Part shown: positions 18,630 through 27,458 of the stretch, in pieces
Layout of the letters: each line of letters opens with the position of its first letter
How positions within the stretch are numbered: the stretch's first letter is position 1
Origin: Acidimicrobiia bacterium
GTDB lineage: Bacteria > Actinomycetota > Acidimicrobiia > Spongiisociales > ZC4RG35
Direction: 5' to 3'
NCBI GenBank assembly: GCA_035512955.1
Contig: DATKCZ010000002.1
Location: 22,242 to 86,241 of the forward strand
DNA length: 64,000 nucleotides
Program-made: the position numbers and the translations under genes
Notes under the pieces: generated by a model
The model's input: the letters and a program-made list of their open reading frames with translations, nothing else
The model's database searches: none
What the model was told of the DNA's origin: nothing

Positions 18630-19483
18630 CCCTCCTCAGCCCGGCGTTGATGGCCAGGCTCGAGAGCCTCCAGCTCGCCAGCCGCCATCGTCTGGTGGGA
18701 CGCTTCGGGGGTGAGCACAAGTCGAAGCGCTACGGAAACACCATCGATTTCTCCGACTTCCGCGAATACCACCCCGGCGATGACTTCCGGCGGATCGACT
18801 ATCACGTGATGGCCCGTCTCGATCAGGTGCTCATCAAGCTGTTCGAGGCCGACGACGAGATCACCATCCGGCTGCTCATCGACACCTCGGCATCGATGAC
18901 GGTGGGAGACAAGATCGAGCAGGCTAAACGGCTGGCGGCCGCCCTCGGCTTCGTGGCCCTCACCGCACACGACTCGGTGTCGGTGCACACCTTCCCGGCG
19001 CGGGGCCTTGCCCCCCGTTTCGCCGGGCGGGCCGCGGTTCCCGCCTTTCTCGACTATGTGGAAGGTCTGCAGGCCACGGGTCTGACCCCATTCGCCGAGG
19101 CGGCGAGACATCTGCTCAGCCAGAGCGGTCTGCCCGGGCTCACCGTCGTCCTCTCAGACCTGCTGACCCCCGAGTGGCGCTCCCTGATCCAGCTTCGGGC
19201 CTCGGGCTCCGACGTCACCATCCTTCACGTCCTGTGTGAAGAGGACCTCGACCCCGACTTCTCCGGAGACCTCGAGTTGGTCGATCGCGAGCTCGGGGAC
19301 CGTCTCACCGTGAGCGTCACCGATGACGTGTCCCGGTCATACCGCGCCCGGGTCCGGCTGTGGCGGGAGCAGGTGGCCACGGCGGCCCGTGGCAGCGGGG
19401 CCAGCTACGCCGCGGTCGATGCCACCGAGGACATCGAGACACTTCTCCTCCAGACCTGGCGTGAGGCGGGGGTCCTCCGATGA
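18626..19483 (+). CDS. DUF58-family protein
   Basis: YHPGDDFRRIDYHVMARLDQVLIKLFE and LLIDTSASM are DUF58-type motifs. There is a TTGA overlap with the moxR stop. Confidence 0.85.
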
Positions 19484-22400
19484 CCCTGCTGCTGCCTGCC
19501 GGGCTCGCCGCCCTCCTGCTGGCCGCACCCATCGTCATCCTCCACATGCTGACCCCGCGCCGACCGGCGACTTCGGTCTCGTCGCTGCTCCATTGGGACG
19601 GGCTCAAGCACGCCATCACCGCCGCGGAGCCGTGGCAGAAGCTGCGATGGAGCCTCCTCCTCATCCTGCAGCTGGCGGCGGTGTTCTTGTTCGCATTCGC
19701 CCTCTCCAGACCGGCCGTGTTGCAGGAGGCCGACCTCGCCGAGCACACCGTCTTCATCGTCGACGCGTCCGGGTCGATGGCGGCCGTCGACGGTGACCCG
19801 GATCGTCTCGGGACCGCGGTGGAGCAGGCCAAGGAGCTGCGCGCCGAGCTACCCGACGAGGGAGTCGCCAGTCTCATCGTGGCCTCGACCCAGCCCACCG
19901 TCCTGGTGACCCAGAGCGCGGACGAGGACGAGTTCTCCCGGGCCATCGACAGCGTCAGGACCAACGCGGGCTCGGCGGACTTCGAGACGACCTTCGCCCT
20001 CGCCGAGTCGCTGGTGCTCCCCGACCGCGACACCGGCTTCGTTCTCCTCTCCGATGGTCGCCTCGACGACATCGACCAGAGGCTGGCTCCACTGGGCACC
20101 CGGTTCGTCCCCGTGGGACAGACCGACACCAACAGGGCGATCACCAATCTGTCGGTCAATGCGGGGCCGGGAGGGCTTCAGGCCCGGGTGACCGTCGAAT
20201 CCACAGGTGGCCCCGACGCCGTTCAGGTGCTTCGTCTCGACGTCGACGGCATCACCGTCCTCAGCGAGGAGATCGAGATCCCGGGTGGCGGCGTGGTCGA
20301 GGAGACCTTCGAGCTTCCCTCGGGGTCTCGGGTCGCTGCCTTTCTCGACGGGGAGGACCTGCTCGCCTACGACAACCAGCGGTTCGTGGGCGCCCCCGTC
20401 CTGGGCTCACTCAAGGCCCGGGTCCACGGGGAGGGCCGTTTCTTCATCGACCAGCTCATGTCGGCCATCCCCGGGGTCGACGCCGATGTCGCTCCCGGGG
20501 AGGAGGTCGATTTCGAGATCTATGCGGGTGTGCCGGTTCCCGCAGAGCCGAGCACCCCGTTCATCGCGATCGACGCCCCCGGAGGAGCCCCCGGGATCAT
20601 CGCGGTGGGGCGGGTGGAGAACCCGATACCGACCCTGGTCACCGATCACCCCCTGTTGGACGACATCGATGTCAGCCGGATCGCCATCGCCGAGGCGCAA
20701 CGGCTCGAGGTCTCCTCGGGCGAGGTCGTGCTGGGGGCCCCTGGTGCTCCGTTGATCGTGGAGAGCGAGACCAATGGGGTGCCCTTCTATTACGTGGCAT
20801 TCACCCTGGAACAGTCGAATCTTCCCATCGACATCGCCTACCCAATTATCGGGGCCCGCATGGTGGGAGGTCTCGCCACCTCCGACGGCGTGGCCGAGGC
20901 AATCACCGTGGGGAGCCGGGTCCCGGTGGGAGGCACCGGGGGAAGCGTCACCGACCCCCGGGGCAACACCGCGGTGGTCTCGGTGGGCGACTCGGAGCCG
21001 GTGGCCGACCAGGCCGGGTTCTGGACAGTCGCTCGAACCGGGGCCGAACCGTTTGAGATCGCGGTCAACAGCGACAGTGTCGAATCCGAGCTGGCGCCGC
21101 GCCATGCCCTGCCGGAGATCAGACCCGCACCCGATTCCGGCGAGCTGGTGGACGCCACCACGACCATCGCCCGGACCCTCCTCCCCTGGATCCTGGCGGC
21201 TTTGCTGTTGGTGCTCGCCCTCGAGCTCTATCTGAGCTTTCGCACCCGCGGCGTCCCCCTCCGGCAATGGAGGATCGGGCTCGGGGTACGGGCGGCGATC
21301 GTTGGCCTGATCGTGCTCACCCTGGTCAACCCGGCGATCGCCACCAGTTCGGACGAAGTGACCACCGTGTTCGTGGTCGACGTCTCGGACTCGATGGGCG
21401 ACTCCGCCCGGCAGGCCGCCCGGGCCTGGGTGGAGTCCGCCATCACCGACGCCGGGGACGGCCGGTGGGCCGTAGTCGAGTTCGGCTCGGACGCACGAGT
21501 GGGCACCCCGGTGGGGTCCGATCCCTATCGTCGCGCCCGGGGCGTCGAGGCGGACGCCACCAATCTGGCCCGGGGCCTCCGTCTCGGTGAGTCGGTGCTC
21601 ACCGGCGACACCCGCCAGCGATTGGTGCTGGTCTCCGACGGAAGGGGGAACACCGGCGATCTCCAGGCCGAGATCGACCGGTTGAAGACCCTCGGTGTGG
21701 TCGTCGACGTCCACACCGTGACCGGGGCGGCGGTGTCGGATGCGGCGATATCGGCGATGGACATGCCCTCTTCGGTCAGCGTCGGTGAGACCTTCGACGT
21801 CACCGTCGAAATCCTGTCCACCGTGTCCGCCGATGCCACCGTCGAATTGGCAGATGGAGCCGAGGTGGTGGACACCCAGGAGGTCTCGCTCGACCCGGGA
21901 CCGAACTATCTGACCTTCTCGGTCGATGCGGGCGAGTCAGGGCTGCAGCAGTTCACCGCCACGGTGCGTCTCACAGGGGATGCCGTCGGGGAGAACGACA
22001 CCCACCGGGCCGGCGTCGAGGTGCGCGGCCCCGCCAGCGTGATGATCATCGAGGGCGAGCAGGACGGAGGGCGGATCGTCGAGGACGCGTTGACTTCTCG
22101 CGGGCTGGTGGTGGAACGGGTGACGATCGAGGAGATGCCCGGGATCCAGGAGTTGTCGATCCACCGCTCGGCAGTGCTGGTCGACGTCAGCGCCCGCGAT
22201 CTGAGCGACGAGAAGATCGAGGTACTCGACACGTTTGTGCGCGATCTGGGGAGGGGGATGGTGGTCGTCGGAGGCACACATGCCTACGGTCTCGGCGGCT
22301 ATCGGGACACTCCGCTGGAGGCCTTGCTGCCGGTCGACTCCGAGGCACCCGACCCCGAGCGCGAGGCGGAGGTGGCCGAGGTGCTGCTCATCGACACCAG

Positions 22401-23841
22401 CGAGTCGATGGGAGCCTGTCACTGCAGCGATAGCGGTATGGATACCACCGAGGGCGGTGTGAACAAGACCGACATCTCCAAGGCGGCCGCGGTGCGAGCC
22501 ATCGAAGCCCTCGGCAGTGGCGACGAGGTGGGGCTGCTGGCTTTCAGCGGGACGAGGGAATGGGTGATCCCGCTCCAGGAGTTCCCTGATCGCCAGACGA
22601 TCGATCAGGGGATCTCGTCGCTGCAACCGTTCGGCGAGACCCGAATCGTGCCCGCCCTCGAAGAGGCGGTGGAGCATCTCCTCGCCTCCGAGAAGGAGAT
22701 AAGGCACATCATCTTGTTCACCGACGGTTTCACCGCCGAGCTGGAGATCGGGGCGGAGTTCGTCGGCGCCCCCTTCGCCAGGGATCTCCTCGAAGCCGTC
22801 GAGGAGGCCGCCGCACAGGGAGTCACGGTGTCGGTGGTGGGTACCGGCGAGGGGGCGATCCCAGCCCTGGAGGAGGTCGCCGAGGCGGGCAACGGAAGGT
22901 TCTACCCGGGAAGGGACCTCAACGAGATCCCGGAGATCTTCGTCAAGGAGGCGAGACTCGCCTCCCGGTCCTTCATCAACGAGGGTGAGTTCTTCCCGGT
23001 GGTGACCTCCACCGCGGAAGCGGTACGCGATATCGCCTCCTCCCCCGCCATCCTCGGCTATGTGGCGACAACGCCGAAGCCGACCGCGGACGTCCAGCTC
23101 CAGGTGGGCGAGCTGAGCGACCCGCTGCTCGCTGCTTGGCGTGTCGGTCTCGGCAAGGTCACGGCCTGGACCAGTGACGGTGGGGACAGGTGGGCCGCCG
23201 GCTGGGCGGGATGGGACGGATTCGGCGACTTCTGGTCGACCCTGGTCCGTGACACCTTCCCGTTGAGTGGCGCGGAGGGTCAGCGGATCGAGGCTTCGAT
23301 CGCCAACGAGTTGATGACGTTGTCACTCGAGGGCGCCGAGGAGTGGCCGGCGGGGACCCAACCGCTGGCCAGGGTCAGCTTTCCCGACGGAACTTCGGAA
23401 GAAGTGCGACTCGACCGTGTCTCGGACTTCGAATTCGGGGCTGTCGTCCCCGCCCGTCAGGGAGGCACCTATGCAGTCGGGGTGAGCGTCGCGGCCAATG
23501 ACGGTGACACCGCGGTCCTCTCCACCCTCGCCACCCGGTCCTTCGCCGCCGAGTACCTGCCCGGCGAGCCGGACTCCGAGCTGATGACCAGCATCTCCTC
23601 GAGCACTGGCGGACGGGGCAACATCACCGCCGAACGGGCCTTCGACCCCGAAGGCCTGGCTCAGGGAGTCACCGAGAAGCAGTTTCGCTGGTGGTTTCTT
23701 CTCGCTGCGGCCATGCTGTGGCCGATCGACGTAGCGCTGCGCCGGCTCCGCCTCTCGAGAAGAGACCAACCAGACCGGCCAGACCGATCACGATCGCCCC
23801 AACCCACACCAACCACACCAACGGCCGCACGAACACGCTGA
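19480..23841 (+). CDS. Giant membrane protein: BatA-type N-terminal TM domain, three VWA domains, GATase1-like domains
   Basis: The N-terminus LLPAGLAALLLAAPIVILHML is BatA_N-like. Three MIDAS DxSxS motifs are present (FIVDASGSM, FVVDVSDSM, LLIDTSESM). There are internal TM helices near residue 600 and a C-terminal TM. ATGA overlap with the DUF58 stop. Confidence 0.85.
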   Translation: MTLLLPAGLAALLLAAPIVILHMLTPRRPATSVSSLLHWDGLKHAITAAEPWQKLRWSLLLILQLAAVFLFAFALSRPAVLQEADLAEHTVFIVDASGSMAAVDGDPDRLGTAVEQAKELRAELPDEGVASLIVASTQPTVLVTQSADEDEFSRAIDSVRTNAGSADFETTFALAESLVLPDRDTGFVLLSDGRLDDIDQRLAPLGTRFVPVGQTDTNRAITNLSVNAGPGGLQARVTVESTGGPDAVQVLRLDVDGITVLSEEIEIPGGGVVEETFELPSGSRVAAFLDGEDLLAYDNQRFVGAPVLGSLKARVHGEGRFFIDQLMSAIPGVDADVAPGEEVDFEIYAGVPVPAEPSTPFIAIDAPGGAPGIIAVGRVENPIPTLVTDHPLLDDIDVSRIAIAEAQRLEVSSGEVVLGAPGAPLIVESETNGVPFYYVAFTLEQSNLPIDIAYPIIGARMVGGLATSDGVAEAITVGSRVPVGGTGGSVTDPRGNTAVVSVGDSEPVADQAGFWTVARTGAEPFEIAVNSDSVESELAPRHALPEIRPAPDSGELVDATTTIARTLLPWILAALLLVLALELYLSFRTRGVPLRQWRIGLGVRAAIVGLIVLTLVNPAIATSSDEVTTVFVVDVSDSMGDSARQAARAWVESAITDAGDGRWAVVEFGSDARVGTPVGSDPYRRARGVEADATNLARGLRLGESVLTGDTRQRLVLVSDGRGNTGDLQAEIDRLKTLGVVVDVHTVTGAAVSDAAISAMDMPSSVSVGETFDVTVEILSTVSADATVELADGAEVVDTQEVSLDPGPNYLTFSVDAGESGLQQFTATVRLTGDAVGENDTHRAGVEVRGPASVMIIEGEQDGGRIVEDALTSRGLVVERVTIEEMPGIQELSIHRSAVLVDVSARDLSDEKIEVLDTFVRDLGRGMVVVGGTHAYGLGGYRDTPLEALLPVDSEAPDPEREAEVAEVLLIDTSESMGACHCSDSGMDTTEGGVNKTDISKAAAVRAIEALGSGDEVGLLAFSGTREWVIPLQEFPDRQTIDQGISSLQPFGETRIVPALEEAVEHLLASEKEIRHIILFTDGFTAELEIGAEFVGAPFARDLLEAVEEAAAQGVTVSVVGTGEGAIPALEEVAEAGNGRFYPGRDLNEIPEIFVKEARLASRSFINEGEFFPVVTSTAEAVRDIASSPAILGYVATTPKPTADVQLQVGELSDPLLAAWRVGLGKVTAWTSDGGDRWAAGWAGWDGFGDFWSTLVRDTFPLSGAEGQRIEASIANELMTLSLEGAEEWPAGTQPLARVSFPDGTSEEVRLDRVSDFEFGAVVPARQGGTYAVGVSVAANDGDTAVLSTLATRSFAAEYLPGEPDSELMTSISSSTGGRGNITAERAFDPEGLAQGVTEKQFRWWFLLAAAMLWPIDVALRRLRLSRRDQPDRPDRSRSPQPTPTTPTAARTR

Positions 23842-25498
23842 CCCCCACCGTGTCCCCGTCCGGGAACAACAGCGAGATCGCCACGATCACATCGCCGCCG
23901 GGCGTGGAGCGAAGTGCTGGCTCGGCCACCGGCAGCGTCTGGTCCTCGTACGCCCTTATCTCGGGCGTCAGGGCTTCCCCATCGACGGAGAAGTCGGCCC
24001 GCACGAACAGATAGCGGTCCCCTTCGCCAGTGTCCACGCCCACCATGGTGATCTCCCGACCGGCCACCTCTACCGTCTCGCCCGGGATCATGGATCCGGT
24101 GAAATCACCTCCGAAGGCGCTCCCGGCGACACCGACCAGGAACAATCCCATGCCGAGGTGGGCGAGATGGGCGGTCAACAACCTCCCCCTGGGCCGCTGG
24201 CCCCAGATCCCGAAGGCGACGAAGACGAGGGTGGCCATGGCGGGAGCCATGAGCAGGACTCCCGCCTCGAGACCCACCATGACCACCGACAACGCGGCGA
24301 GAAACACCGTCACCAAGACGTAGGCCATCACCGCCCCGCGCAGAGCGAGGCTGAGCCCGACGGCGACGGCGACTGCGACGGGGAGCACGGTGATCACGAA
24401 GAAACGGGTGTCCACCGCCACCGCCTCGCCGAGAAACACCGAGGCAAAAGCCGGATATCCCGAACCGGCGGTGACGAAGACCAGTGCCGTGGTCAACAAC
24501 AAGGCGTTGACCGCCAGCCACCCGCCACGATCCAGATGCAACGGCCCCCACGGCTCCCCCGGCTGGGACCGTGTCGACGCCACGGCAACGATGACGCCGA
24601 TCACGACGGCGGCAGCAAGCAGGATCCGCCCCACCATGGGATCCTCGGCGAAAGAATGGATCGACCCGGTGACCCCGGACCTGGTCAGATAGATCCCCAT
24701 CACCGTCAACGCGAAGGGAAGCGAGGCGAACGCCACGTTCCATCGCCGCCATCTCCCGGTGGTCTCCTCGATTCGCGAGGTGTGGAGGAAGACCGTGGTG
24801 GCCATCCAGGGCATCAAGGCGGTGTTCTCCACCGGGTCCCACGCCCAGTAGCCGCCCCATCCCAGCTCGACATAAGCCCAGTTGGCCCCGGCCGCCATCC
24901 CGAAGGTGAGCAGCACCCAGGAGACAAAGAGCCAGCGCCGCACCTCGGCCATCCAGATCCGGCGATCGGTCCGCCGCCAGACTGCTCCCAGCGTGACTGC
25001 GAAGGGCAGCACCAGGACCGTCAGCCCCAGATAGAGGATCGGCGGGTGATACACCATGGCCGGGTGCTGGAGGATGGCCAGCAACCCCTGTCCATCCACC
25101 GCCGGGATGTCGAGGACGGTGAACGGGTTGGCGAAGAGCATGGTGATGAGAAGGAGCCCTAGCCCGACCGCGGCGCCCACACGGATCGGAGCCGTCTCCC
25201 GGAGCCAGATGGCACCGATGACGAGGAGCATCGCCGAGTAGAACAGCATCGACCCGTCCATCCCGCCCCAGAGGCCGGCCAGCCTGTAGGGCCAGGGCGT
25301 GGCGAGACTGGTGGTCTCGGCGACGTAGGCGAGGGAGAAGTCGCCACTCAGCAACGCCACGACCAGGACCAATGCCGATGCGGCAGCGGCTCCTGCCGAT
25401 ACGAGGTTCGCCCAGCGTCGTCCGGTAGCCACTGCGATCAGCGCAAAAGCTATGGCCGCCCAGACAGCGACGGGGCCGAAGGCTCCGGCGGTCACCAT
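23669..25498 (-). CDS. ccmF: CcmF/NrfE-family cytochrome c heme lyase-like membrane protein
   Basis: WWD motif WGGYWAWDPVENTALMPW, about 15 TM helices, and a CcmF-like C-terminal region. The start is chosen at ATG 25498 (MVTAGAFG...). The track ORF runs to 25621. Confidence 0.8.
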   Translation of the reverse strand: MVTAGAFGPVAVWAAIAFALIAVATGRRWANLVSAGAAAASALVLVVALLSGDFSLAYVAETTSLATPWPYRLAGLWGGMDGSMLFYSAMLLVIGAIWLRETAPIRVGAAVGLGLLLITMLFANPFTVLDIPAVDGQGLLAILQHPAMVYHPPILYLGLTVLVLPFAVTLGAVWRRTDRRIWMAEVRRWLFVSWVLLTFGMAAGANWAYVELGWGGYWAWDPVENTALMPWMATTVFLHTSRIEETTGRWRRWNVAFASLPFALTVMGIYLTRSGVTGSIHSFAEDPMVGRILLAAAVVIGVIVAVASTRSQPGEPWGPLHLDRGGWLAVNALLLTTALVFVTAGSGYPAFASVFLGEAVAVDTRFFVITVLPVAVAVAVGLSLALRGAVMAYVLVTVFLAALSVVMVGLEAGVLLMAPAMATLVFVAFGIWGQRPRGRLLTAHLAHLGMGLFLVGVAGSAFGGDFTGSMIPGETVEVAGREITMVGVDTGEGDRYLFVRADFSVDGEALTPEIRAYEDQTLPVAEPALRSTPGGDVIVAISLLFPDGDTVGVSVFVRPLVWLVWVGAIVIGLAGLVGLFSRGGAGAALRRSATAWPQREETTSETASR

Positions 25499-25541
25499 CG
25501 AATCGTAGATGGCCTCCCGGCTAGCCGTTACCGTCAGCGTC

Positions 25542-26873
25542 ATGTCCGACCTGTTCGCCGCCCGGGCCGATGATCTCGCCGCACGCTCGGCACCCCTGGC
25601 CACGCGGATGCGGCCCCGCACCCTCGATGAGGTCCGAGGTCAGCCGGCGCTGCTTGCGCCCGGGTCCGCCTTCCGCCACATAGTCGAGTCCGGCGAGCCG
25701 ATCTCGATGTTGCTCTGGGGCCCACCCGGGACCGGTAAGACGACATTGGCCCGTCTCGTGGCGTCACATGCCGATGCTGCCTTCCGCACGTTGTCGGCGA
25801 CCTCCGCCGGTGTCAAGGACATCCGGGAGGTGCTCGCCGAGGCCCGCCAGCTTCTCGCCACCGAGGAGCGGCGGACCGTGCTCTTCCTCGACGAGATCCA
25901 CCGTTTCGCCAAGAACCAACAGGACGCCCTGCTCCCCGGTGTCGAGGACGGGACGTTGATCCTCATCGGTGCGACCACCGAGAACCCCTACTTCGAGGTG
26001 AACAGCCCACTGATGAGCCGAATGACCCTGTTCCGGCTGGAGGCGTTGTCCCCCGACAGCATCGAGGACCTGCTCCAGACCGCGGTCGCCGACCACGAGC
26101 GGGGCCTCGGTGCGCTCGGGGTCGAGTTGGCGCCTGATGCCGCCCTCGAGTTGGCCACCCGCACCGGTGGCGATGCCAGACAGTCGCTCAATGCACTCGA
26201 GGTGGCAGCCCGGATGACCAAGGCCGCGTCCCGAACCACCATCGAGCACGACGACATCGCCGAGGCGTTGCAGCGACGTCTGGTCCGTTACGACAAGACC
26301 GGTGACTCCCACTACGACGTGATCTCGGCGTTCATCAAGTCGGTGCGGGGCTCGGACCCCGACGCAGCCATGTATTGGCTCATGCTGATGATCGAAGGGG
26401 GTGAGGACCCCGAGTTCATTGCGAGACGTCTGGTGATACTGGCCTCCGAGGACGTCGGGCTCGCCGATTCCGGGGGGCTCCGCGTGGCAGTGGCCGCTGC
26501 CGACGCCCTGGCCTATGTCGGTCTCCCTGAGGCCGGCTATCACCTCGCCCACGCCACGCTCTATCTGGCCACGGCCCCCAAGTCCAACTCGGTGGCTCGG
26601 GCCATCGGCGCAGCAACCGAGTTGGTGCAGAACGGTCCGACACCCAGTGTGCCCCTCCACCTCCGCTCGGCCGGCTACCGGGGCGCCGCCGACCTGGGTC
26701 ATGGCGAGGGTTACGCCTACTCCCACGACCATCCGGGCGGAGTCGTCGACCAGCAATACTTCCCCGATGGCGTACCCCCGCAGGCGGTCTACCGGCCCGG
26801 GGACCTCGGCGACGAGGCGGAGATCGGAGAGCGTCTCGGCGAGATCGACCGGGTCCTGGGACGGGACCGGTGA
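25542..26873 (+). CDS. rarA: Replication-associated recombination protein A (AAA+ ATPase)
   Basis: PLATRMRPRTLDEVRGQ, LWGPPGTGKTT, FLDEIHRF and GATTENPYFEV. ATG 25542, with an alternative at 25509. Confidence 0.92.
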   Translation: MSDLFAARADDLAARSAPLATRMRPRTLDEVRGQPALLAPGSAFRHIVESGEPISMLLWGPPGTGKTTLARLVASHADAAFRTLSATSAGVKDIREVLAEARQLLATEERRTVLFLDEIHRFAKNQQDALLPGVEDGTLILIGATTENPYFEVNSPLMSRMTLFRLEALSPDSIEDLLQTAVADHERGLGALGVELAPDAALELATRTGGDARQSLNALEVAARMTKAASRTTIEHDDIAEALQRRLVRYDKTGDSHYDVISAFIKSVRGSDPDAAMYWLMLMIEGGEDPEFIARRLVILASEDVGLADSGGLRVAVAAADALAYVGLPEAGYHLAHATLYLATAPKSNSVARAIGAATELVQNGPTPSVPLHLRSAGYRGAADLGHGEGYAYSHDHPGGVVDQQYFPDGVPPQAVYRPGDLGDEAEIGERLGEIDRVLGRDR

Positions 26874-27011
26874 ACGGCCGAGACAGCGGGCGGCTCCCCC
26901 CGCCGCCCCTCCGGGCTCGACCGCTACCGAGCCAAGTCATGGTGGGTCACGGCCGGGAAACACCGACCCTGCCGATGGGGGCCGGGGGGCACTGCGGTAT
27001 CTTCCCGGGGC

Positions 27012-27458
27012 ATGGAGCTATTCGCTGCCAGGGAGATCCACCGTCCCGCTTCGGAGGTGTTCGCCTTCTTCTCCGACGCTGCCAACAACCCCAAATGGCA
27101 GAGCGGGATGATCTCATGCCGCTGGACCACCGAGCCACCGATCGCCGTAGGGTCGAGATATCAGCAGCAGGCCCGGTTCCTGGGACGGGACGTCAACTCC
27201 ACCTTCGTCGTCAAGGCTCTGGAGCCAGGGCGGATGGTCGAGATCGAGACCATCGACTCGACCTTCCCGATAAGGGTTCGCCGGATCGTGGAGCCGCTGA
27301 GCGAAGAGTCATGTCGGGTCAGGGCCGAGATATCGGGTGGGCCCGAGAGGGGCCCGCTCAAGTGGCTCGGGCCGCTGGTGTCCCGACGAGCACAGCGCTC
27401 GGTCGATGCCGATTACGACCGGCTGGTTCAGCTACTGGAGTCAGCCAGCTCGGCGTGA
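27012..27458 (+). CDS. SRPBCC (START/polyketide-cyclase-like) family protein
   Basis: 148 aa. The pattern EIHRPASEVFAFFSDAANNPKWQ is typical of SRPBCC ligand-binding proteins. Confidence 0.7.
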   Translation: MELFAAREIHRPASEVFAFFSDAANNPKWQSGMISCRWTTEPPIAVGSRYQQQARFLGRDVNSTFVVKALEPGRMVEIETIDSTFPIRVRRIVEPLSEESCRVRAEISGGPERGPLKWLGPLVSRRAQRSVDADYDRLVQLLESASSA

